A stretch of 54,162 nucleotides of DNA from a virus. Its lineage: Duplodnaviria > Caudoviricetes. Position numbers and translations under genes: made by a program. The notes beneath the pieces were generated by a model. It had not been told where the DNA came from and made no database searches. It was given only the letters and a program-made list of their open reading frames with translations. Below, piece by piece: positions 8,401 to 15,006 of the stretch. The DNA lies in IMG/VR virus record IMGVR_UViG_3300044655_000258, positions 1 to 54,162 of that record. The stretch is one strand, 5' to 3'. Numbering within the stretch: position 1 is the stretch's first letter; every line of letters begins with the position of its first letter.

Positions 8401-10666
8401 TCCATCGTCTGGTGACCGCTTGTATGATCGTGCCTTTGTTGAAGCTGCTAACCCGATGGTCATTAGCGCCATTGAACGCACTACAGCAAACAAGCGCTAC
8501 CAAGCATTGTCCCCCACTGAACAGAAGCTGGCACTGACAAACGTTGTTCGTGATGTAACGGGTATCGCTCGTGACAAAACAGACGGTAAGTTTATGTCTG
8601 AGGATTTGTTGCGTGTTAAGAAGATGCGCTTCGACAAACTGTCACAAGATCAACGCAAGGTTATTAACGAACGTTATGCTCGTGACAACAATGGTGTAAC
8701 TCTGGAAGAAGCCAAAGACTACAAAGCTGTCGACAAGTATGAAGCAATGCTGGGTAATCTTGCATTCGCCAAAGGTGGTTTTGTTCCTGCGTTTGCCAAA
8801 GGTGGTTTTGCCGCCAAGGTGTTGGGTAAGAAAGCTATTGGTGAAGCTGCTGAACCAATCTTGGACACACTCAAGAAGAAAGCTGGCACTGTTACACCAA
8901 CCGATGATGCTGCTATCGATGCCATCATCAACAAAGAACTGTCCAGCCCTGCACCGTCTGCTGCAATGGACCAGACCGCTAGTATGTTGATGGGTAAAAA
9001 GCCTGTGCTGCCTAAGCCTGCAGCAAAGTCTAAGCCTATGCTTCCTGAAGAGGCAGCAAAGCCACCAGAAGCGCCTGTGTTGAGTCAAACAGAGCAAGCT
9101 CTACCTACCCCACCTGCACAAGTGATGGAGGCTCCTGCACCCTCTAAAGCCTTTGCCGATGAAGATTACATCATGGGTGAAGAAGCTATGCTGGAGTTGT
9201 ATACACCTGCTCAGTTGAAGAGTTGGAAGATTGCTAACCCCGAAGACTATGAGAATACATTGCATAGCTTCACTGGTCAGGCTAAAGGATTGAAGTTTTC
9301 TGAGATGCCACCACAGCCTTTTGCCAAGAAGACTGATGAGTCTGCTGAGACTTTGGTGGATGAAGTTGAATATGACATGGAAGGTAATCCTGTCAGTATT
9401 GGTGGTAAAGCTGTTGTTAAGAAAGCTGAACCAGTTGCTGATGAATACGGGGTTGATCCTAAGTACTTGTCTGGTGATGTGAACAGTATCACTGGTAATG
9501 TCAGTGTCAATGCACGTAACAAAGCGGTTGCTGCCATCAAAGAAACTCGTGAAGATAGTTTCTTCAAGCTGCGTAACAACGACAAGTTTGCAACAGTGGA
9601 CGATGAAGTGTTGGGTACTGTGTTGGGTGACTATCGTTATTCACGTGGTATAGAACTCAACCCTAAAGACCCTGAGATGCTTGCTGATGCTGTGAAGCTG
9701 GCTGGTCAGTATCAGAAACGCCTTGACACATTGCGTGAGAAGTACAAGGATGTACCACCTGTGAAGCTGTTCCACGGTCAAGGTGTGACAGAAGATATTG
9801 AACCAATTAAGAAGTCAGGTTTTGCAGATCCAACCAAGCGTAGTGAGTTCCATTCTGAAATGATGGTGGGTGCTCCATCGTTCACTAAAGACTTGAACCT
9901 TGGTTTCAGAGGTACACCGTTTGGTGGAACAAAACCACAGAACTATGTAGTGACAGAGATTCCCTACGCTGACTATGTGTTCAGTAAGATCAACATGGCT
10001 CCTGAGAAGTATGACCGTAAGGACATGAACACCATTCTTCGCGCTGTCACTGGCGCACCCGGTGTTGTTCGTCCTATTGGTCTGCCTCGTGCTGGCTTCT
10101 TGGAAACAGAAGACATGATGTTGGAAGCTGAGAAGCTTCGCGTCAAAGGTAGAGATGCTAAGTTGCGTAGTGGTGAGAAGGATGTTGCACAGGTGCTGGA
10201 GACTGGTGGTAAAGGTCTGAGTAGGGCAACAATGAAGGGTGAGGAAGAAGTCGTGTCTGAGTACATGAAGCTTGCTCGTACCACTCCAGACCCTAAACAG
10301 AAAATGAAGCTGGCATACATGTCCTATACAGGCATCAAAGACCTGATGAACAATTACTTGGACATGGCATCTGCAACATCTACTAAGGCTGGTCTTGGTC
10401 AACAATATCAAGCTGCAATCAACAACTTTGCAGACTACTCAGGTATTCAGCGACAGATGCGTGAGATTGCTGACATCTTGGATGCTGGTGGAGCTAAGCA
10501 GAAAGCACAGAATCTGTATGAACTTACAGACAAGCTGAAGAAGTTTCAACAGACTGAGCCGAACATCTCAACTGCTGTTGACGAAGCCAAACGTACTAAG
10601 CCGCTGGACGAGGTGAGGAAGTTTGTACCGAAGCTGGCAAAGGGTGGACTAGCAAGTCGTCGGTGA
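5435..10666 (+). CDS. Large internal virion (ejection) protein with putative C-terminal ADP-ribosyltransferase-like domain
   Basis: 1743 aa, last gene of the virion arm; AKGG motifs; LFHG...GF, SFT and ETE motifs near 9770-10110. Confidence 0.75.
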   Translation: MAFGINDEEVSTGFGANDQVVGGFGTNDVVVSKPSMAAPKPTPQQIERMAAKPEVDLTKPAFAAPRQRATELQKVQAAAVEERAKPEPPKFDYKELYTNPELFKIVQDYNKVATGTEYKEGQDKEQFVAGFMSNLRGQEWNTFSNIAALNKLKNSPMSDREKLAAGTRLFDQVKSATEEGGQPGMTPYVDIAKSALTDLTNYIGFGVATGLKKVAAKQATQAATASLLKATPATITAATMGTEAVIGAGQNIVEQKKQQAVSTELGQTPKDLDATQIGLAALIGSVGGFFEAKGTMAVPAGKTGADQLTDILKKKAAAPKDPNAPVTSVERVLIDPVTQNMDQVVEEFIKIEGRRILDEVNPATALTDAKIQKDMSARAVRVAMHVIEQDPTFRLKPGQQTSSAINEVFSNLDNVNDAVLEQAIRKEGLTPDDFAKANKMTVSEAAQVMQQYSAASKVLKRMTEIDPAIKQQVDELFAKPDSQVSALGRVGQAIRFAERESKAFIVSGIGTTVRNVLGTTVGLTYNSAASLVEGALYTVGRTLDGAAKGQRLTTAVRSLGDTMSDAFSVYGYMAKGGLSTEVTDTLLQHNPALRNNILSATQESSTTELSKAAQVFNTLNVAQDAFFRKAIFNASVEKHMRRAGLDMYEVIGQGKTIPASILQQATDETLKATFSYTPKVQKQGIQTFEAGAEAAGNLFVKAAEFPGGSLIATFPRFMSNAIAFQYRYSVFGAASGMEDLLQGSLLKAAGSSGGEALIRKGQENIAKGVVGTAALAAAYDYRLNNQDTEWFNIKNDDGSTVDTRSVFPLGPTLAVADFMAKRKMGLEPKTAEMVESIVGMKMPAGTQNQFLDQVFAAMSSEKEADKMEVALGKVVGDFVARFSQPFVFKSAYEFFDLFREEGAIQRDPNVITAEDSGDRFLEAAANRVQGKLPVLKESLPEAVPRLREGPVYKEGEFFYSLVGVREAPPKTVAEKEIVRLGIDPFKLYGPSSGDRLYDRAFVEAANPMVISAIERTTANKRYQALSPTEQKLALTNVVRDVTGIARDKTDGKFMSEDLLRVKKMRFDKLSQDQRKVINERYARDNNGVTLEEAKDYKAVDKYEAMLGNLAFAKGGFVPAFAKGGFAAKVLGKKAIGEAAEPILDTLKKKAGTVTPTDDAAIDAIINKELSSPAPSAAMDQTASMLMGKKPVLPKPAAKSKPMLPEEAAKPPEAPVLSQTEQALPTPPAQVMEAPAPSKAFADEDYIMGEEAMLELYTPAQLKSWKIANPEDYENTLHSFTGQAKGLKFSEMPPQPFAKKTDESAETLVDEVEYDMEGNPVSIGGKAVVKKAEPVADEYGVDPKYLSGDVNSITGNVSVNARNKAVAAIKETREDSFFKLRNNDKFATVDDEVLGTVLGDYRYSRGIELNPKDPEMLADAVKLAGQYQKRLDTLREKYKDVPPVKLFHGQGVTEDIEPIKKSGFADPTKRSEFHSEMMVGAPSFTKDLNLGFRGTPFGGTKPQNYVVTEIPYADYVFSKINMAPEKYDRKDMNTILRAVTGAPGVVRPIGLPRAGFLETEDMMLEAEKLRVKGRDAKLRSGEKDVAQVLETGGKGLSRATMKGEEEVVSEYMKLARTTPDPKQKMKLAYMSYTGIKDLMNNYLDMASATSTKAGLGQQYQAAINNFADYSGIQRQMREIADILDAGGAKQKAQNLYELTDKLKKFQQTEPNISTAVDEAKRTKPLDEVRKFVPKLAKGGLASRR

Positions 10667-10678
10667 TAAGTACAGACG

Positions 10679-10712
10679 AAAAAAAAGGCAGCTTCATCGG
10701 CTGCCTTTTTTT
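10679..10712. terminator. Bidirectional rho-independent terminator between the convergent arms
   Basis: A8-GGCAGC-ttcatcg-GCTGCC-T7 between stop codons at 10666 (+) and 10715 (-). Confidence 0.92.
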
Positions 10713-10714
10713 AT

Positions 10715-11101
10715 TTACGCTATCTTGAATGCTTCTTTCAACTGCGCTGTCGCAGCCTCTACAAGCTTGGGATGTCTGAACTTATAGATGTCAGGAATAT
10801 CTAACACATGATGTTCCATATTGTCGATCAATTCCTTGTGGTCGTAGCAGGCTACTCGGTAGTTGCCATCATCAACAAAGACAACAGCATCAGCCCATTG
10901 AAGCTGCACCTCATCCAACACAATCAAAGCGTATTCACTTGATGTTCCTACAGCACGAGTGTTGAAGTTGAACGGCTCGTTAGACAAGATCCAAGCCAGC
11001 GTAGGGCTACGCAACAACCCAGCTGAACAGACACACAACACTTTCTTGTTGCTGCCTTGGTTGGGGTTGCGCATGTTATGCAGGCGATTGAACGTTGTCA
11101 T
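10715..11101 (-). CDS. Low-molecular-weight protein tyrosine phosphatase-like protein
   Basis: VLCVCSAGLLRS (CX5R-S P-loop), WADAVVF and LDIPD motifs. Confidence 0.85.
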   Translation of the reverse strand: MTTFNRLHNMRNPNQGSNKKVLCVCSAGLLRSPTLAWILSNEPFNFNTRAVGTSSEYALIVLDEVQLQWADAVVFVDDGNYRVACYDHKELIDNMEHHVLDIPDIYKFRHPKLVEAATAQLKEAFKIA

Positions 11102-11289
11102 TTGGAAATCCTTGCGAGGTTGTCGAAGTAGGCCATGTCAAATCCACGTTGCCATTCCTTACCAGCTACCGATTCAGGATCGTATTGGTTGTTGAGCCAT
11201 CCACGACTGAATGCATAGTAGCCTTGACCAACTTGAATCTTCAATGGTGCTGGCCGTTCAGGGCGCTGTTGTTGCATAGTTGTCTCCAT
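11098..11289 (-). CDS. Ribosome modulation factor (RMF)-like small protein
   Basis: GYYAFSRG...NQY...EWQRGF resembles the RMF pattern GYxAG...PY...WxxGW. Confidence 0.55.
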   Translation of the reverse strand: METTMQQQRPERPAPLKIQVGQGYYAFSRGWLNNQYDPESVAGKEWQRGFDMAYFDNLARISK

Positions 11290-11557
11290 AGAGTTCGTTG
11301 CTGAGCAGATAACCTTCTAGCTCCCACATCTTGTTGATAGCATCTTCGTATGCATACTTCTCACCAAGGGCTTGATTGTACTTAGCAGGGTCTACACAAG
11401 CACTCTTACCAAGGATGAGGAAGCCACAATGCAGATGTAGAAAACACAACGTTGTTGTCGTATCAGCAACGCGATAATACTCCACCTTCTTTGTCTTTGC
11501 CTGCATGTCTGTGGTGGTGACAGACGTGCGCTTCACAGGTTCATTCGGCTGATTCAT
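11258..11557 (-). CDS. N4 Gp49/Sf6 gp66 family protein (Acb4-like sponge candidate)
   Basis: TTTLCFLHLHCGF..GKSACVDP..Y...GEKYA...A..KMWELEGYLL; start moved to ATG 11557 after a GAGG RBS. Confidence 0.8.
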   Translation of the reverse strand: MNQPNEPVKRTSVTTTDMQAKTKKVEYYRVADTTTTLCFLHLHCGFLILGKSACVDPAKYNQALGEKYAYEDAINKMWELEGYLLSNELYGDNYATTAP

Positions 11558-11729
11558 CTTTGTAAGCCTCATCAACTTTCTTGACGATGTACTGGTGAGC
11601 CAACACAGCAGCAATGTGTGCGTTGCTTTCCTTGTTAGGTGTCTCAGGTTCAAATGTAATCTGAATAGTGAGGCTACCATCGTTGTCGTCAGTGAAGACA
11701 ATAGTTGCTTTATTGGTTGACATATTCAT
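11541..11729 (-). CDS. Hypothetical protein
   Basis: 62 aa with AAGGA RBS, in operon. Confidence 0.7.
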   Translation of the reverse strand: MNMSTNKATIVFTDDNDGSLTIQITFEPETPNKESNAHIAAVLAHQYIVKKVDEAYKDESAE

Positions 11730-11768
11730 GTCCTTTCAGTTGGTTGTGCCGACATTGGCGAAGAGATG

Positions 11769-12263
11769 TTACCACATGTCGGGCCACCAACGATTACCTT
11801 TTGATGTGTTGTCGCTTGCAGGCAACAGTTGTAGATTAGCTTCGCAATGCAGGCCGCATACTGAATCGCTCCGTAATGGAACAACATGGTCTACGTGTAG
11901 GTTGAGTCCTGTTCGGTTGAAAATAGTCGCAAGTTTATACATACCTCTGACCGCTTCTTTATCAACCCACGATGGTGTTGCTTTAAACTTTATCGCTTTT
12001 CGTTTTGCATTTTTAGCGTTGCTAATGTGTGGGTTGGCTTTTAGATAAGCGCTGTTTCGTTTAATGATAACGTCTTTGTTCGCGCTGTAATAGGCATTCT
12101 TTTGTTCGCACATAGTATCTTTGTTAGCTTGGTAATAATCGCTGTTTGTTTTTTTGCAGCATACCTTACACTCAGAGTTAACACCATGTTTACAACTTTT
12201 ATGTTTATAAAATTCAGCAACACCCTTCTCAACCCCGCATTTCGTACACACCTTTGTTAACAT
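11769..12263 (-). CDS. Free-standing HNH homing endonuclease
   Basis: CTKC..CKVC zinc finger, ATPSW, HVDHVVPL...CGLH..NLQ....N; AT-richer than flanks; AGGA RBS before ATG 12263. Confidence 0.88.
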   Translation of the reverse strand: MLTKVCTKCGVEKGVAEFYKHKSCKHGVNSECKVCCKKTNSDYYQANKDTMCEQKNAYYSANKDVIIKRNSAYLKANPHISNAKNAKRKAIKFKATPSWVDKEAVRGMYKLATIFNRTGLNLHVDHVVPLRSDSVCGLHCEANLQLLPASDNTSKGNRWWPDMW

Positions 12264-12279
12264 AACTTTTCCTATAAAC

Positions 12280-12400
12280 AAAAAAGCCTGAAGAAACCAC
12301 CGCCGACATGACTGGAACTCATGTCGTTGTACATCACTGTACATTGATGGCCTCTTCAGGCTTCACTGTAGCGTCAGATGGTTCCAGCAACCAACGCTAT
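12280..12400 (-). ncRNA. Structured leader of the HNH gene (three-way junction with kissing loop, c4-RNA-like)
   Basis: Outer stem 12284-12294/12353-12363 followed by a U-tract; inner hairpin loop GUUCCAG is complementary to upstream loop CUGGAAC. Confidence 0.55.
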
Positions 12401-12406
12401 GGTGGA

Positions 12407-12415
12407 GTTATATCA
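12407..12415 (-). promoter_or_regulatory. Extended -10 promoter (TGaTATAAC) for the HNH leader
   Basis: TG-n-TATAAC overlapping the stop codon of the upstream gene; no good -35. Confidence 0.45.
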
Positions 12416-12884
12416 CAGCTTGCAGCTTATGAATAGGCAGATTGTAACAGCTACTCCGAACAACATACCCGTTGTCTGGATCGACTGTTCCTTTCGCCAT
12501 GAAAATGGCTTCCTTATAGTACCGTTCTTTAGAACATACACCAAGGAACCATCCTACACTGTAGTCGTTCTTTATCCTTGTGAACGCATAGTAGTCACAT
12601 TCTTGTGTGGTGTTTAGCTTAGCAACAGAACACATGTAGGTGTCTAAAGGTTTGACAGATGTCAGTTTTGTTTTGACATCTATGGTTGTACCATCCTTCA
12701 GCACCAAATCATATTCGTATGTGTTGGCTAACACACCACCCATGACCTGTTGAGCGATAGCTTCACCTATGAAGCCAGCAATGTTGCCAGCCCCACGGGT
12801 GATGCTGTTACGCAGCTTACCCATCTCTGCAGCTTTGTCTCTAGCAGTGACGAGCATTTCGCCAGTAACAACAACTTCAATCAC
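12408..12884 (-). CDS. Conserved phage protein, possible PD-(D/E)XK-like nuclease
   Basis: GFIGE...YDLV...IDVKTK pattern. Confidence 0.6.
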   Translation of the reverse strand: MIEVVVTGEMLVTARDKAAEMGKLRNSITRGAGNIAGFIGEAIAQQVMGGVLANTYEYDLVLKDGTTIDVKTKLTSVKPLDTYMCSVAKLNTTQECDYYAFTRIKNDYSVGWFLGVCSKERYYKEAIFMAKGTVDPDNGYVVRSSCYNLPIHKLQAVI

Positions 12885-13063
12885 TTCTTACCACCAATCA
12901 GGTTCATATCACCGATGTAGATTTTGACGAACGGTAACAGGATGATGATGCCGATGAAGGCAAACAAACCGTCTTCAATCTCATCGGTTGATGCAATGTG
13001 GCAGATGTCTTGGTTGAATTCAATGTCAAGGCCGATGCCTTGTCGCAGTTCGATGAGTAACAT
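12881..13063 (-). CDS. Hypothetical protein with hydrophobic segment
   Basis: 60 aa, coupled to both neighbours. Confidence 0.65.
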   Translation of the reverse strand: MLLIELRQGIGLDIEFNQDICHIASTDEIEDGLFAFIGIIILLPFVKIYIGDMNLIGGKK

Positions 13064-13809
13064 TATTGACGATCCTCATAAAGTGTTTTGGCGATGATGT
13101 AGTTCTTCACCAAACTACTACGAACAATATCGTCCATACCAAATTCAAAGCGGCTGAACTCTCGCATGTCCTGCACAATGTCCAAGAACTTTGGCAAGCC
13201 TGTCTTGTCATCCTTCTTCTTCAAGTCAGTCTGTCGAATGTCACCGCAGTAGATGATCTTCGATGTATGACCAACACGAGTGACGATGGTGTCGAGTTCT
13301 TCAAACGTCATGTTCTGAATCTCGTCAGCCAACAAGATGGAGTTGGTGAATGTGGTGCCACGAATAAAGCTGGTAGAGATGAACTCAATGTAGCCTTGTT
13401 CAGACAGACGGTCCCATGCATCCTTGCGGTTGAACAGGTCGGCACAGATCTGACGATAGGGCTGGATGAATGTCTCCATCTTCTCGTTAGCGTCACCGGG
13501 CAAGAAACCCATGTCACGACTCTGCACAGAACTACGAACAATGACAACCTTCTTGTAGGGGCTGGCCTTATCCATCACTTCTTCAAGCGCTTTGTACAGG
13601 GCAATGTAAGTCTTACCTGTACCAGCAACACCATGCAGACACATGAAGTAGTCTCCAGCATTGTAGGCATCAAAGAACTCCTTCTGCTTTGCTGTCTTGG
13701 GTTGAATAGTTGCCATGTCGTCAAGACGAACACGCAAGCTATTGTTCTTTGTAGCTGGTGCTGGTGCATCAGGGATGACGTGCGACACTACTCGTTTCTT
13801 AGTAACCAT
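13063..13809 (-). CDS. phoH: PhoH-like ATPase
   Basis: GVAGTGKT, MGFLPGD, FIRGTT, DEIQN, TRVG, GDIRQTD, DIVRS. Confidence 0.95.
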   Translation of the reverse strand: MVTKKRVVSHVIPDAPAPATKNNSLRVRLDDMATIQPKTAKQKEFFDAYNAGDYFMCLHGVAGTGKTYIALYKALEEVMDKASPYKKVVIVRSSVQSRDMGFLPGDANEKMETFIQPYRQICADLFNRKDAWDRLSEQGYIEFISTSFIRGTTFTNSILLADEIQNMTFEELDTIVTRVGHTSKIIYCGDIRQTDLKKKDDKTGLPKFLDIVQDMREFSRFEFGMDDIVRSSLVKNYIIAKTLYEDRQ

Positions 13810-13865
13810 TGATACTTCCTAGGTTGGTTGAGGGAAGCCCCATTGTACAGGAGCTTCCTTTGGTT

Positions 13866-14048
13866 TTACAGACTAGCGCCAATCTCTATAAACTCAAACG
13901 AGAGTTGCCAGAGATGTGCATAGCTTGGTTGCTCACGAAGCCAAGACAGAAACTTGTCTTGTGCGTCAGAGATTGTGCAAGCTTCAACGTGCAAAACACC
14001 TTTGAAGACGTTGTTCTGACTGCTATAGCTGACAGTGAAGTGTCTCAC
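13866..14048 (-). CDS. Hypothetical protein
   Basis: 60-aa GTG-start ORF overlapping the nrdB stop. Confidence 0.55.
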   Translation of the reverse strand: MRHFTVSYSSQNNVFKGVLHVEACTISDAQDKFLSWLREQPSYAHLWQLSFEFIEIGASL

Positions 14049-15004
14049 GCTGCCTTACCCCACACATCATCCCATGTTCCAGTCTGAGCACCCTTGCTGT
14101 AGTCTGTAACCTTCTGTTCAAAGAAGTTGGTGTGTGATGTACCGAGCATGCCATCAACCCACGGCAAAGGATTCTTCTTAATCTTGTAGATTCCTTTCAT
14201 GCCCATAGCGATGAGTCGACGATCTGCAATGTAGCGGATGTACTCTTTCACTTCTTCTTTGGTGAGCTTCTCAACTTCCACCATACCAAAAGCAAGATCA
14301 ATGAACTGGTCCTCAAGATCCACCATCTCTTTAGCAATCTCTTTGATCTGTTCAGGCGTTGTTTCATCTTGGTGATGTTTAACATATTCACGATAGACCT
14401 TTATCATTCCTTCAGCATGCATAGTCTCATCAAGGATGGACCAGCTAATGATTTGACCAAGTCCTTTCAGCTTACCGTTACGTGCGAAGTTGAGCAGCAT
14501 AACGAAGCTGGAGAACAACTGCATACCTTCACCGAAGGCAGAGATGACAGCAATCTTCTCAGCCACTGGTGATGTGTTGAGTCGTTGCAGATAGTCATGC
14601 TTCTCAAGCATCTCAGCATATTGCAGGAACTCGTTGTAGGTTGACTCAGGCAACCCCAATGTTTCGATCAAGTGTGCGTAGGCTGCAACGTGCAAAGCTT
14701 CACGAGCAGCAAACCCACTCATCATCATTCGCACTTCCGGTTGACGGAACAGAGGAATGTAATGGTCGTGGTAGCCACTGCCAATGTCCAAGTCACCCTG
14801 CACAAAGAAGCGCAAGATCTTTGTCAGAAACTCCTGCTCGTCCTTGTTCAACTTCTTGTAGTCTTTAACGTCCTCTGACATAGGCACTTCAGTGTGCAGC
14901 CAATGCGACTGCTCGTGCTGCAACCATGCGTCATAGGCCCAAGGAAACTTGAACGGTTTGAAGATGGTACGTTCTTGTGTAATATCTGATTTAGTCTTTG
15001 TCAT
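14045..15004 (-). CDS. nrdB: Ribonucleotide reductase class Ia beta subunit
   Basis: FFVQGD, REALHVAAY (E, H and radical Y), EGMQLFSSF, DETMH, NFFE; RBS favours ATG 15004. Confidence 0.95.
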   Translation of the reverse strand: MTKTKSDITQERTIFKPFKFPWAYDAWLQHEQSHWLHTEVPMSEDVKDYKKLNKDEQEFLTKILRFFVQGDLDIGSGYHDHYIPLFRQPEVRMMMSGFAAREALHVAAYAHLIETLGLPESTYNEFLQYAEMLEKHDYLQRLNTSPVAEKIAVISAFGEGMQLFSSFVMLLNFARNGKLKGLGQIISWSILDETMHAEGMIKVYREYVKHHQDETTPEQIKEIAKEMVDLEDQFIDLAFGMVEVEKLTKEEVKEYIRYIADRRLIAMGMKGIYKIKKNPLPWVDGMLGTSHTNFFEQKVTDYSKGAQTGTWDDVWGKAA

Positions 15005-15006
15005 GT

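Noticed and set aside
11769-12400. HNH gene inside a group I intron
   Set aside because: Flanking genes are intact and separate; no P7 or other group I core motifs recognised.
13066-13812. 248-aa plus-strand ORF mirroring phoH (and similar antisense ORFs at 5648-6634 and 42069-43037)
   Set aside because: Codon-registered antisense shadows of well-supported genes.
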